From: Octopus sinensis
Lineage: Eukaryota
Assembly: GCF_006345805.1 (NCBI RefSeq)
Contig: NC_043003.1
Coordinates: 11,346,001 to 11,410,000, forward strand
Reading direction: 5' to 3'
Length of the DNA stretch: 64,000 nucleotides
In this document: positions 13,246 to 26,197 of the stretch, piece by piece
How positions within the stretch are numbered: the first letter of the stretch is position 1
Layout of the letters: each line of letters starts with the position of its first letter
Program-made: the position numbers and the translations under genes
The notes under the pieces: model-generated
Databases searched by the model: none
What the model was told of the DNA's origin: nothing
The model's input: the letters and a program-made list of their open reading frames with translations, nothing else

Positions 13246-13860
13246 GACATGGCTGTGTGCAGCAGGAAGCTTACTTTCCAATCACATAGTTTCCTAGTTC
13301 AATCCCACTGCATATCTTGTACTATTTAGCCTCAGGTCAACCAAAACCTTATGAGTGGATTTGGTTGGCAGAAATAGAAAGGCGGCGAGCTGGCAGAAAC
13401 GTTAGCACACCAGGCAAAATGCTTAGCGGTATTTCGTCTGCCGCTACGTTCTGAGTTCAAATTCCACCAAGGTTGACTTTGCCTGTCATCCTTTCGGGGT
13501 CGATTAAATAAGTACCAGTTATGCACTGGGGTCGATGTAATCGACTTAATCCCTTTGTCTGTCTGTTTGTCTCCTCTGTGTTTAGCCTCTTGTGGGCAGT
13601 AAAGGAATAAGAAATAAGAAGCCCATCGGATGTATGTCTTTGTCTGTGTTTGTCCATCACCACCACCACCATCACTGGACAACCAGTGTTATGTGTCTGC
13701 TTAGCAGTTCAGCAAAAGAGACCAATAAAATAAGTACCAGACTTTAAAAAGAAAAAAAAAAAAAATGGAAAATGAGTTCTGTAAATCCTTGAAGGCTGTG
13801 CTGTAGCATGGCCGCAGACTAATGACTGAGACAAGTAAAAGATAGAAGATAAATAAGTGT
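13246..13860 (+). mobile_element. Old CORE-type SINE with a young Nin/Deu SINE (~13379-13612) nested in it
   Basis: The CORE head stops at GATTTGGTTGGCAGAAA, a Nin copy follows, and the CORE copy resumes at GAAGCCCATCG. Confidence 0.8.
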
Positions 13861-13957
13861 TTGCTGTGCTGAGGCAGATACATACAAGAAAATGTCATTT
13901 GTACAGGAACAATGAACACACATTGAATAGATTTAAATTCATGTAGGGTTTGTTTCT

Positions 13958-14270
13958 ATGACGACCACCACCAACACCATCGTTTACTATCAGCAGCAAT
14001 TCCATTCATCAGAATCACTGCTTTTGTCATTGTCACCACCATTGTCATCAATAATACAACTGTCATCACCACCATCACTGTCATCATTATCATCATCATC
14101 ATCATCATCATCATCTATCTCATTATCACCATCGCCACCATCACTTATCACTATCCTTCTCTCCATCGTCATCATCCTCCATCCTCGTCACCATCGCCGC
14201 CACCGTCGTCACTGTCCTCTCCATCATCATCATGATCATCATGATCATCGTTATCATCGTTGGCCATTAT
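13958..14270. repeat. Cryptic (CAT/CAC/CGT)n trinucleotide tract
   Basis: Direct reading; explains the poly-S/H/D ORFs. Confidence 0.9.
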
Positions 14271-14519
14271 TGTTTTAATAATTAAGGTAGGTGTTTCAGA
14301 AAGCCTGGTAATGAGTTTGAGTATTGTGCAAACAGAATGGCACAGGTCTGAATGGGTCCCTTGGTGAAGTGCTGTGTGTGCTTCATGCAGGTTTCCTGAT
14401 GGACGTTGAGAAAATAGCGACGTGTCGACTGGGTCTGCGAGTGACAGTTGAACTGGCATTCGGCTCAATGTTATTGTCGTTATATTGTTGTATCAAGCCA
14501 ACTATTCAATCGGATTTTC

Positions 14520-15290
14520 TGTGTGTGTGTATATGGACTTATTTGCTTTCTATTTATGAGTAGTGAGTATATTTTTGTATGTATGTGGGTGCATTTGTGT
14601 GTCTGTGTATATGTGTGTGTGTGAGACAATATTCCTGTGCTTTTGTGTGTATATGTTTATATGCATGTATTTTGTGTGTGTTTACATGCTTGCACATGCT
14701 CTTCTGTGTGCATTTACATTCCTAGATGTGTATGTACGTGTGTGGGATGTGTTTGTGTTTGGGAGTGAAATAGAGTGTATGCGAGTGCCGTTGTGTACAT
14801 GTTTGCATGTGGTTGCATCTGCTGCATAATTGCGTGCATTTATGAAGGTGCATTGTATTATTATGCGATACTCATCCAGTCCAGTCTGAATATACTTAAT
14901 CATTGTGTTCAGTTATCAGCATGTATGTGTACATGTGATTAAAAGCATGTTGTGTGTATGTGCATATATGTGTGTGTATGTGTGTGTGTGTGTATGCATA
15001 TGTATGTGTGTGTGTGTATGCATATGTATGTATGTATGTGTGTGTGTATGCATATGTATGTATGTGTGTGTATATGTGTATATGCATGTGTATATGTGTG
15101 AGTGTGTGTATATGTGTATATGCATGTGTATATATGTGTGAGTGTGTGTGTATATGTGTATATGCATGTGTATGTATATGTGTGTGTGTGTATATGTGTA
15201 TATGCATGTGTATGTATATGTGTGCATATTTGTGTGTATAGATATATGTCTATGTATATGTTTGTATATGCTTGTGTGTGTGTATTTGTG
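14520..15290. repeat. Complex (GT/AT/ATGT) low-complexity tract
   Basis: Direct reading; explains the CVYM/HTYI ORFs. Confidence 0.9.
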
Positions 15291-15399
15291 TGTGACTGTG
15301 GTAAGTAGCTTGCTTATCAACCACATGGTTCTGGGTTCAGCCCCACTGCATGGCACCTTGGGCAAGTGTCTTCTATTATATAGCCTCAGGTTCAATCTG

Positions 15400-15705
15400 G
15401 TCTGGTAAAGTTTCTACAGCTGGATGCCCTTCCTAACACCAACCACTCCGAGAGTGTAGTGGTTGCTTTCTGCGTGCCACTGGCACGAGAGCCAGTCAGG
15501 CGGTTCTAGCAACGACCACGCTCATGCTCAAAAGGGTTCCCTGCATGGGAGCCAGTCTGGTGGCACTGGCAACGACCATGCTCGAATGTTGTTTTTCACA
15601 TGCCACCAGCACATGTGCCAGTATGGCGACACTGGCTACGATCATGCTCAAATGGTGCTTTTCACATGTCACCGGCATGGGAGCCAATCCATGGCCCTGG
15701 CAACG
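15400..15705 (-). mobile_element. Ceph-type element with internal subrepeats
   Basis: GGATGCCCTTCCTAACACCAACCACTCCGAGAG followed by tandem GTGCCAC...GGCAACGACC units. Confidence 0.8.
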
Positions 15706-15825
15706 GTCTTCCGCTTCGTCTTCTTCCTTGTCTCTTCTTCCACTTCCTCTTCTTCCTTGTCTTCCTCTTCTTTCTCTTCGTCTCTTTCCTCTTCTTCTTC
15801 TTCTTTCGTCTTTCTCTCTTACTCT

Positions 15826-16215
15826 TTTACTTGTTTCAGTCATTTGACTGCGGCCATGCTGGAGCACCGCCTTTAGTCGAGCAAATCGACCCCAGGACTT
15901 ATTCTTTGTAAGCCCAGTACTTATTCTATTGGTCTCTTTTGCCGAACCGCTAAGTGACGGGGACGTAAACACACCAGCATCGGTTGTCAAGCAATGCTAG
16001 GGGGACAAACACAGACACACAAACATACACACACATACATATATATATATATATACGACAGGCTTCTTTCAGTTTCCGTCTACTAAATCCACTCACAAGG
16101 CTTTGGTCGGCCCGAGGCTATAGCAGAAAACACTTGCCCAAGATGCCACGCAGTGGGACTGAACCCGGAACCATGTGGTTTGTAAGCAAGCTACTTACCA
16201 CACAGCCACTCCTGC
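15826..16215 (-). mobile_element. Young CORE-type SINE inserted in a (CTT)n tract
   Basis: Near-identical to 1576-1957 and 5525-5893. Confidence 0.92.
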
Positions 16216-16942
16216 ATCTTCTTTGTCTTCTTCGTCTTCTTCTTAGTCTTCGGTTTCGTTTTGTTGTTGTTGTTTTTCTTCTTCATTATACCTCATTCTC
16301 CGGGGTGGGGTAAGATTTTATTGCAAGGAACAGCAGCACTAAGGTCTAGTCTTTGGAATGTCATAGAGCTCACAACACCCACCCCTCCAACCGCCCATCC
16401 ACCATTCCAACCAACCAACCCTCTCTCTGTTTCCTTGCTTGCTTCCCAGAAAGTAAAGCTCCCAGTATTATGTTTGTAAGGTCAAGAAGCAACTTGTTAA
16501 CTGTGATCCTGGAAACAGCTGAAGGTCAGTAGGGGCCACCACAAGATGCTTGCCTCCTTGTCTTCTCTATCTTGCCTCTTCCCTCACAGCTACCTCCCCC
16601 TCCTTTGTTCCTTTCCATCATCCCCCCCCCACCACCACCACCACCACCACTCCAAGAAAACAACAGAGCAGCCTGAGAGTAATAACATATATCATGACAG
16701 GAAATAAGGCCCCTTAGGGCAAAGTTAAATGGTTTGCTTTGGTAAGGCACAACTAGCTAAACTAGAAGAGGCATGTACAACAGGATTTGGGACTGATAAA
16801 ATTCCTTATAGAAATGCTTTGCTTTTTCTTATTCTTCCCTGCTTTTTTATCTTCTTTTGTCTCTCTCGCTCCCTTAATCTGAAACACATTTTTTGTCTCA
16901 GACTCCCATGGCAACCACAGAGATGTGTGTGTTTGTGTGTTC

Positions 16943-17322
16943 TTTTATTCTTTTATTTGTTTCAGTCATTTGACTGAGGCCATGCTGGAGCACCGCCTTT
17001 TAGTCGAGCGAATCGACCCCAGGACTTATTCTTTGTAAACCTAGTACTTATTCTGTTGCTCACTGTTTCCAAACCTCTAAGTTGCAGGGATGTAAACACA
17101 CCAGCATCGGTTGTCAAACGATGTTGGAAGGAAAAACATCTACATATATATATATATATGATGGGCTTCTTTCAGTTTCCGTCTACCAAATCCACTCACA
17201 AGGCTTTGGTCGGCCCAAGGCTATATAGTAGAAGACACTTGCTCAAGGTGCCACACAGTGGGGCTGAACCCAGAACCATGTGGTTGGGAAGCAAGCTACT
17301 TACCACATAGCTACTCTTGTGC
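16943..17322 (-). mobile_element. CORE-type SINE
   Basis: Same family, moderately decayed. Confidence 0.88.
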
Positions 17323-17879
17323 CTATAATTTCTATTTTAATATTTCTATTTTTTTTATCTCTTGTTATTATCATTATCATTAAATTTAAATTTAAGGTGG
17401 TGGTTCTGGCAGGATTGTTAGCTCATTGGACTAAAATGCTTTGTGGATTTTCTCCTTATATTCTGTGTTCAGATGCTGCCAACGTTGACTTTGTTTTTCA
17501 TCCTTTTGGGTAGCGTTTCTCAGCTTTTTTATCTACCTGAGGCCCCCTCTGATTCCTATTTTATTGAGATGGACCCTCATAACCACTCCAAATCGTTTTA
17601 TATTTTTATAATTAAAAATTATTAGGAATTGTATCTAAAAAGAAATATTAATATTTTGTGTTTTGGTGAAGTAAAACCAATTTGACCCTGGCTGGGAACC
17701 ACTGTTTTGGGGCTGATGAAATAATGTACCAGTCAGTCACTGGGGTTAGTGTCATTGACTTGCCCCTCCCCTCAAAATTGCTGGCCTCGTGCCAAAATTA
17801 GTATGCTTATCATTAAGGCAGTGAGATTCAGAAATTTGTTAGCATACCAGGCCTTGTTCTTATAGTAGAAAGGATTATT

Positions 17880-17922
<43 letters not shown>

Positions 17923-18029
17923 TTGCTGCTGCTACAAGAACAGACTACTAGTTGTGTATGATTACATGTGCTCCTGCACATGTTTGGATAAATACATTTA
18001 TACAATAATATACATTCAAACATCCATAT

Positions 18030-18398
18030 ATCATCATCATCATCATCATTTAACGTCCGCTTTCCATGATTGCATGGGTTGGACGATTTGACTGAGGTCT
18101 GGCGAACCAGACTCCAATCTAATCTGGCAGAGTTTCTACAGCTGGATGCCCTTCCTAACGCCAACCACTCCGAGAGTGTAGTGGGTGATTTTATGTGCCA
18201 CTGGCACGAGGGCCAGTTTGGTGGTACTGGCAACGGCCATGCTCAAATGGTGCTTTTTACGTGCCACCTGCACAGGAGCCAGTCCAGCAGCACTGGCGAC
18301 GACCTCGCTCGAATGTTTCACGTGCCACCAGCACAAGTGTTAGTAAGGCGACGCGGTAACGATCACACTCAAATGATGTATTTAACATGCCATCGGCA
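18030..18398 (-). mobile_element. Ceph-type element (RTE-like tail plus subrepeats)
   Basis: (CAT)n tail TTAACGTCCGCTTTCCATG, Ceph block and subrepeat units. Confidence 0.85.
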
Positions 18399-18404
18399 TA
18401 TATA

Positions 18405-18442
<38 letters not shown>

Positions 18443-18520
18443 AAATATTAGGGAATAAATCCAAACTTACAGGGAAAAATCAGATTTAGTATTGAATCCA
18501 ATTTTATAGTAAAATATTAT

Positions 18521-18769
18521 ATTATATTAAATTAGAGATAAAACCACTATTAGGCAAATCATACAATGAAAATCTTAAGCCAATACATAAGATTAATTAA
18601 TTTATATTATTTTAAATATATATCAAAATTATTAATGAGTATCATTATCTTTTTTTAATAATTTTGATATATATTTAAAATAATATAAATTAATTAATCT
18701 TATGTATTGGCTTAAGTTTTTCATTGTATGATTTGCCTAATAGTGGTTTTATCTCTAATTTAATATAAT
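18521..18769. repeat. Near-perfect long inverted repeat (115-bp arms, 19-nt spacer)
   Basis: Arms 18521-18635 and 18655-18769 checked by hand: one T:T mismatch (18573/18717). Confidence 0.95.
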
Positions 18770-18815
<46 letters not shown>

Positions 18816-19401
18816 CGCACATGTGTTTGTTAGTGTACATTTATATTACATGAAGAATAGCCTTGTTGAATATTTCAGCTCAAAGATAGGTTCAGTGGAT
18901 CACTGGTTTTTTGCATTGTTGAGAATTGAAATGATGGAGTGAGGCAGAGAGGTGGGGCTGCAGGAAGTGCGTATTTGAAAGCTTTGATTAAAGACATTGT
19001 TATCTCATGATCCCGAGATCACATTCCACTCACTCCAAGCACCGTATTTTTGTTCTATTGCAGATCACCTCATTCTGTTGGCTTTTAAACCAGCCATATC
19101 CGGCACAAATATTCCCCTTGTTTTATGTCCAAACTGCCCTGATCTAGCCTCTAACAATTACCACACAATGTCTTTCTAAAAACGAACAATCACATCTTCG
19201 AAATCTCTATGCTACAAGATAATACATGATTAATTCAAAACAATGTTGGTAAATACATATTATATATTATTATAAAGTCATTTGAATACTCAGGGGTTAA
19301 GCTTCAAACATCCATTTAAAAAGACAAACTTATCCTAAATATTGTGGTATGGCAGGCTGAGATTGCTTATTTAGCAAATGAAATCTATAGTTTAGTTTTA
19401 A

Positions 19402-19834
19402 CCCTTTCATTATCATCCCAGCGGAAACTGCCTCTGATTCTGAGTACAAATCTCTTGTTTTCATAAATTTTGAATTAAAATCTTCCACCAAACCTTATTT
19501 ATGTTCCTAACACTATCTGAATGATAGCTAAGTTATTTTACTAAATTATTTTTTATATTTAAAGTAATTGAAAGAAACACAGAGCATCTCAACAGAAATA
19601 TGGTAACAAAAGGGTTAAAATATATAATAGAGAATCAATTCTTAACCCTTTTGATACCAACCCAGTTGAAACCGGCACTGGCTCTGAGTACAGATGTCTT
19701 GTTTTCATAAGTTCTGAATTAAAATCTTCTACCAAACCTAGCTTAATGATAACTAAGTTATTTTACTAAATTCTATATTTAAAGTAATTGAAAGAAACAC
19801 AGAGCATCTCAACAGAAATACAGTAATGAAAGGG
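19402..19834 (+). mobile_element. piggyBac-like MITE family 1 dimer with 23-bp spacer
   Basis: TTAA|CCCTTTC...AAAGGG|TTAA, spacer 19619-19641, then TTAA|CCCTTTTG...AAAGGG|TGAA. Confidence 0.88.
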
Positions 19835-19959
19835 TGAATCCTTAGAATGTCTTCACTCACTGGCCATATTTTTTTTCCTTTTTGCACTTTGCTGTAGACC
19901 CACCCTCTACAGCAGGAAGTGCCAATGCTGCTCTCCCTGATGAGGAGGACTGACCTACC

Positions 19960-20135
19960 TGTTAGAGCCCCGTGCTGGTGCCACGTTAAAACCATCCAGC
20001 ACACAGTGTAAAGTGGTTGGTGTTAGGAAGGGCATCCAACCATAGAAACCATGTCAAACCAAACTGAGATCTGGTGAAGCGCTCATCAAACTGTCCAGGA
20101 AAATGGACATTAAATGATGATGATGATGATGAATG
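19960..20135 (+). mobile_element. Ceph-type element 3' end
   Basis: TGGTTGGTGTTAGGAAGGGCATCCAA...GGACATTAAATGATGATG. Confidence 0.75.
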
Positions 20136-20777
20136 CTAATTAATAGTTCTTGGAGAAAGCTGTAAATTGAAATTAGGAAATCCACAATTTCTCTTTCATT
20201 GTGTGCCTTTGCAATTGAATTATCGTCAGCTTTATTCTAACTTTCTCCATTTTATTATTAATTAATCAATCATTAACCGAAATTATTAATTTCACAAACT
20301 TGATAAACAACCAGTCGATAGTAAAATAGAATGTGGTGGTGGGGTACCCGCAAAAAAACTCACCCTGCCCTCCTTTCTGGTGGGGGTGAGGGAAGAAGGT
20401 GAAAGCTGTAAGAACCATCTCTCCTCCAAAATTTCATTAGTAATCATTAGCACGATGTATCAGAATTTCCTGTCTTAAAAATAGCCGCAGACTTGGCAGT
20501 TGAAGCTATAAACATGAACTGATTGATATAGATTTTTATGGTTTCTGTGTTCTGGCTTTGTTAAAATGATGTTGATGTTGTCGCTGTAGTCTGGTCTATA
20601 GATCTTCTGTTTATGTATCCTACATAAGGACCTTCTGCTCCGGGATATGTGCTCTTGACCAGCTGTGCAGCATAATGCAGTCCATTACTGGCAAAATGCA
20701 TGGAAATTACATTTGTGTCTTTGTGGATGTGGAATAAATGTTTTGGATTTCTGTTATGATCATATATTTATTTCTTT

Positions 20778-21003
20778 ATTGCCCTTTGGGGGCTAAACAT
20801 AATGAGGACAAACAAGGACAGATGAAGGGAATTAAGTCGATTACATCAATCCCAGTGCATAACTGGTACTTTATTTATCGACTCTGAAAGGATGAAAGGC
20901 AAAGTTGACCTCGGTGGAATTTGAACTCAGAATGTAGTGGCAGCCGAAATACCGCTAAGCATTTCGCCCGGTGTACTAACTATTCTGCCAGCTCACTGCC
21001 CTT
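20778..21003 (-). mobile_element. Nin/Deu-domain SINE
   Basis: GAAAGGATGAAAGGCAAAGTTGACC...GCATTTCGCCCGGTG...CCAGCTCACTGCC. Confidence 0.85.
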
Positions 21004-21059
21004 ATATTATGATAATATATTGTTCATTTCTTCTTTTCCTCTATCTGCTCTATGAATTA

Positions 21060-21340
21060 AGAAGTTTTTCTTCCCAACCATATGGTTCTGGGTTCAGTTC
21101 CACTGCATGGTACCTTGGACAAGTGTGTTCTATTATAGCCCTAGGGCTGAATGAAGCCTTATGAATGGATTTGGTGAACGAGAACTGAAAGAAGTCTGTG
21201 TGTCTTCTTGTCTTGGCACTGAATGATTGTTATAAAAGAATGTCATTCATCCCCAATATTCTGCAGAAACATGTCTGGCTGTGGGGAAATATTACCTTTC
21301 CTTGAAAACAGGTGAGTGTTGGTAAGGAAGAGCACCCCAC
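21060..21340 (+). mobile_element. CORE-head / Ceph-tail hybrid SINE
   Basis: tRNA head plus CORE block joined directly to CATGTCTGGCTGTGGGGAAATATTACC...GGTAAGGAAGAGCACCC. Confidence 0.7.
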
Positions 21341-21759
21341 CGTTGGAAATTTAGATTATAAGTTTCTCTAACAGTACCATGCTAATAATTAATGTTTCAA
21401 ACCCTAGCTAATTAATGACAAAATTATTTTACTTAATTCTTCGTTATTTTCATAATTTATTGAACTCCAAAGTAGTGCGTTTCAACAGAAATACGGTAAC
21501 AAAGAGGTTGAGTGAAAAATGATATATTGGACAATGTAGGTAGTGTCGGATGTACAAAATGCTGGATGGTCACCGCTGGAATGTCTTTGATTCCAGTCAG
21601 CTCAATCAGATCTCACCTAAGTCTAAACAACAAGAAACAACTATGTTTACAAGTTCTGATACTAATGTAACCCTTATCAGTTTTATGTTACAGTAGGTTG
21701 TCCCCTATTTGTGGGAGACATTAATGTTAAGCTGCTTGGATTGTTGGGGACAAGTTTAA

Positions 21760-21979
21760 CCCTTTTGTGTTCAGATTACTCTGTTAAATGTAATACTCTT
21801 TCACTCAAATTGTTTCGAATTAATCATGCATTATCTCATAGCTTTGAGGTTTCAATGATGTGATTGTTTATTTTTAGAATGTTAATGTAGGTTAGGTGTG
21901 AGAGGCTTGATCTAGCCAGTTTGAATATAAAACATATAGAATATCTGGGCCAGATATGGCCGGTTTAAACACTAAAGGG
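21760..21979 (-). mobile_element. piggyBac-like MITE family 2, complete
   Basis: TTAA|CCCTTT...TAAAGGG|TTAA with TTAA on both sides. Confidence 0.88.
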
Positions 21980-22444
21980 TTAACATGGCTATAGAGACAT
22001 CTTAATGTTGGTGATAAAATAGGAACACTCAGAATTTCCAGCACCTTATCAATTTAACTAATCCCATCTAGAAATGTTTACACAAATAAATTGTAGAACT
22101 CTCTCAAGATACAGGACTGTTATCCAGTTTGACTTCTAGGATTTTTATGACTGGGAGCTGATAAAACTTTACAAAACCTCTATTGTTAAGGCCACAAAGA
22201 GCGTCTTTGAAATTATGAAATTAATAAATTATCATTACTATGAAGTTTTTTTAATTAACTCTCAGTGGTAGACACATCACGATAACCATGACATGGGGTG
22301 CTGGATATCATAAATAATATTTTTATACCTGAATGGCTTGTTTGTACGTGTGGTAACAAAATTTATACTCCCCATCCCCTTTACAAATTACTTGAAAAAT
22401 ATGATCCCTACTTCTCTGAGCGGAATTGCTAAAACATAATGTTT

Positions 22445-22600
22445 GTTAAGACATTGATGACGATGATGATATAATAGTAATAATAGTAATAATAATAGTA
22501 ATAGTAATAACAATAGTAATAATAATAATAGTAATAATAACAATAGTAATAATAATAATAGTAGTTATAATAATAATTGTAGTAGTAGTAGTAGTAATTA
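22445..22600. repeat. (TAA/TAG)n trinucleotide tract
   Basis: Direct reading. Confidence 0.9.
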
Positions 22601-23000
22601 TGCAATTGACACAAGGCTTGAAATTTTTGAGGGAAGGGGGCTAGTTGTTGTAATTGACCCCAGTGTTCAACTGGTACTTATTTCATTCACCCTGAAAGGA
22701 TGATGGACAAAATGGTGCTAACAATTCTGCTAGCTTGCTGCCTTTAATAATAATGATGATAATAATAATAATGGTTTTGAATTTTGGCACATAGCCAGCA
22801 AGTTCATGGGAGGGGCTAAGTCAATTAAATCAACCCTAGCATTCAACTGGTATTAATTTTATCGACCCGTAAAAGGATGAAAGGCAAAGTCGACCATGGT
22901 AGAATTTGAGCTGAAAATGGGAAGATCTATGAAATGCTGTTAAGCATTTTGCCCAGCATGTTAACAGTTCAGCCAGCTTGCTGCTCTAGTGTTAATAAAA

Positions 23001-23359
23001 TTACAAGAGCACTCATAGAGCACAGGCCTTTGCCAAGGCAAAACCCATGTCCTCCCGATGATTATCCAGAGATGATTTTTAAAATGAGAATATCTGAAAT
23101 AAACTCAACTGTTCTCGCAAATGAAAATGCTAAAAATGAACCCGACCACTCTCAAAAATTAATTAAAAAAACAGAAAAATAATCCAGAATCCTTGTCCTG
23201 TACCAGATAGATCCCAAAACCTAATCAGTTTGTGCTAGTCACGAGGCCAAACATCTCTGAAAGTTTCATCCGAATCCATGCTGTGGTTCTTGAGATATCT
23301 TTTCCACTGACAAACAAATACGACTGAAAACAATGCCTTCGCTAAGGCGGAGGTAGTAA
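23001..23359 (-). mobile_element. Helentron-type (HINE/DINE-like) non-autonomous element
   Basis: Subterminal CCTCCGCC/GGCGGAGG-type inverted motif and a 3' stem-loop GTGCTCTATGAGTGC; homologous to 35365-35730. Confidence 0.7.
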
Positions 23360-23370
23360 TAAAACAAACT

Positions 23371-23660
23371 TTATTTAGGGACATTTTGAGTGGGATGGGC
23401 TTACTCAACCTGAAGAAAATTCTAACTAAGCCCCCACCTGCAAAGTCATGTGGTGATTATCTTGATATGAGATCACCACGTTGTGCACATATGGTTGCAA
23501 TGCATATGCCTGGTGTACCCTTATCAGACGGATAATCATGATGGGTGTATCAGGCTTCGTATATTTCTACCCCAGTGTCACTTTGATGGCATGTATTGCA
23601 CTCTCACACAATAATGATGATGATGATAATAATAATAATAATAACAACAACAACAACAAT
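23371..23660 (+). mobile_element. 'Family E' LINE-derivative, 5'-truncated, (AAT)n tail
   Basis: CTCAACCTGAAGAAAATTCTAAC...GTCACTTTGATGGCATG; matches the 32.7 kb and 36.4 kb copies. Confidence 0.75.
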
Positions 23661-24184
23661 AATAGGTGGTGGTCATGGTCTCTTCAGCTGTCCTCTTTAA
23701 GGGTTGGACCTAAGACTGAAAGCAGTGTTATTACATAGAGTGCTCCTGCTATAATAGTACAATATGTTTTTATTCATTCATTCGACATCTGTTTTTCCAT
23801 GCTAGCATGGGTTACACAAATACATATTGTTGAAGTGTCATTTTACAGCTGGATGTTCTTCCTGTCACTAACTCTGACCTGTTTTCCAAGTACAAGTATT
23901 TTTCTTTTCTTTTTTTTAAATCCTTTTTAAAAAATTTTTTTTTATTGTGCTTGTCTTTGAAAAAAACAGAGGGTATCAGGCAATTTGTTGAGAAGGAATG
24001 CAAGATGCATTTCATCAGTTATAGCTCAACTGTATTTTTTTTACTACATGCAATGTGAAGAATACAAGCATTCACACACCCACACACAATCATCATCATC
24101 ATAATCATAATCAGCATCACCGTCATCATAATCATCATTATCATCACCATTATTATCATGATCATCTTATGTCTGTTTGTATAT

Positions 24185-24770
24185 GTCTTTACTAATTTCA
24201 GTCATTAGACTGTGGCCATGCTGGGGCTCTGGCATGTATTTTTCAGTCGAATGAATCAACCCCAGTACTTTTTTTTAAAAAATCTGGTACTTATACTATT
24301 GTTCTCTTTTTGCTGAATGTAAATAAACTAACACCAGTTGTCAACCTGTGATGGGGCAAACACAGATACAAAAGACACATGCACACACACATAGCTATAT
24401 TTATATGTCAGGCTTCTTTCAGTTTCCGTCTACTAAATCCACTCACAAGGCTCTGGTCAGCCCAAGGCTATATAGTAGAAGACACTTGCCGAAGGTGCCA
24501 TGCAGTGGGATTGAACTCAGAATCATGTGCTTGGGAAGCAAGTTTCTTGCTACACCTCTGCGCACGTGTGTGTGTATATATATATATATATATCTATATA
24601 TATATATATATGATGGGCTTGTTTCAGTTTCTGTCTACCAAATCTACTTACAAGGCTCTAGTTGGCCTGAGGCTATATAGTAGAAGACACCTGCCCAAGT
24701 TGTTGCACAGTGGGACTAAACCCAGAGCCATGTAGTTCGGAACCAAACCTTTTGCCATGCCTGTGCCTGA
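24185..24770 (-). mobile_element. Two tandem CORE-type SINE copies (one near full-length, one head only)
   Basis: The block TTTCAGTTTCCGTCTAC...GGGACTAAACCC occurs twice, separated by (TA)n. Confidence 0.8.
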
Positions 24771-24837
24771 ACCATACATACATATAAATAAAATATTTTT
24801 GGCGATTTTTTTTTTTTTTCCCCCCTCCGTCTTCCTT

Positions 24838-24930
24838 TTTTATTGGACTTTCTTCTGTTTCTGAGGAAGAGCTTTATTCGAATTGTAAAACCACCTTTCT
24901 TTCCTTCCCTGAGCGTCTGCTAATACTTTA
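24838..24930 (+). mobile_element. Penelope-like terminal fragment with decayed hammerhead motif (24856-24891)
   Basis: GTTT CTGAGGA A GAGC TTT ATTC GAAT TG TA AAAC; GAAA and helix II are mutated. Confidence 0.55.
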
Positions 24931-24934
24931 CATG

Positions 24935-25452
24935 TACCACATGAAAATTGACAAAACCAGGAACTTCCAAGGCCTCAGGTTTTATTTTGGAGATTTCCTT
25001 CTCCTAGGTAGATTACCAACTATGGTTAAAGAGCTTCTACCTGCCCATGACGTAAGCTATCCCATTCCAGACACTCAAACACTCTATAAAGTGATCAACT
25101 ATCACTCAGGTGACTAACACAGAGTAGCTCATTCATTAAAAAAAAATCTCATCTGCAAATGCATGGAAAACAAACCTCCACCAACTATTCTGCCTATATG
25201 TCTGTGCACACCTTTGACTGCAGTGTATGCCAGACAGGTTTTCAAATCCAACGGGGACTTCAAAGGACATTTTAAGATCCACAAAGAGCAGAACTTATCT
25301 GTAGGTCTTGGTGGTCCAAATCAGATGTGCAATCTTTGTGGGTGTCCTTTCACAACATTGTCTGGTTTAAAAAGCAACATCAGATGCCATGATGGTTCTA
25401 AGGTGTAGGTACAGGAGGTGATCAAAGTCTGCATAAGAAGTAGACAACCACC
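24935..25452 (+). pseudogene. Decayed 3' end of an RTE-like LINE ORF2 (or C2H2-ZNF pseudogene) with two C2H2 fingers
   Basis: FDCSVCQTGF, then a +1 frameshift (extra C at 25243), then KSNGDFKGHFKIH and CNLCGCPFTTLSGLKSNIRCH. Stop at 25406-25408, short 3' UTR, then an (AT/ATGT)n tail. Confidence 0.65.
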
Positions 25453-26161
25453 ATATATATGTATGTATGTATGTGTGTATGTATGTATTGATGTGTGTGT
25501 GTGAAACGACTCCCAGAAGGTCGTTAAAAAAAAAGATTATTCTTCGTTTAAGTTTTCTCTTTTCGTTTTGACTTTTGAAATTAGAGTCTGGAATACACTG
25601 TTCCCTTCTACCCCTTTTTTTGTCTTTCTCTTCTTTCTCGTTTGTTTTATGTCAATATGGCTGGAGACAATTATTTAATAAATTATACGGGAATAATAAA
25701 AAGGATGCATATTTTTCCATCTCATGATTGGAAACAATCCCCCTAGGCAAGGCCTAGCAAATCATAAGAAATTACTGCCAAGTTGAGGAGCTTTTTCTCG
25801 CTTGTAAACGAGATGTTGTTGATGAATACAAGTAATATTTAGTCCGTTGTTTAACACGACAACAACAACAACAACGACAACGACAAAATGGATATTGTTA
25901 ATTTCTTTTTTTGTTTTATTCCTTTTAATTTTTGCCCTTTTTTTAATATTTTATTCCGTTTTATTGCTCTGGTTTTATTTTCTCAACTTGAGTGTTTATA
26001 TTATCATCGCTTCTGTCCCAGTATATTCCATGCAAAAATCGAAAACTGTGTTGAAGAAGTGGCAGAGAGAAAATGAATTTGTCTGTCTGTCTGTCCGTCC
26101 ATCTTCTTCCTCTTTTCTCCTCCTTCACTTTTCTCTTCTCCTCTCTTTCCTCTTTTTTCTT

Positions 26162-26197
<36 letters not shown>

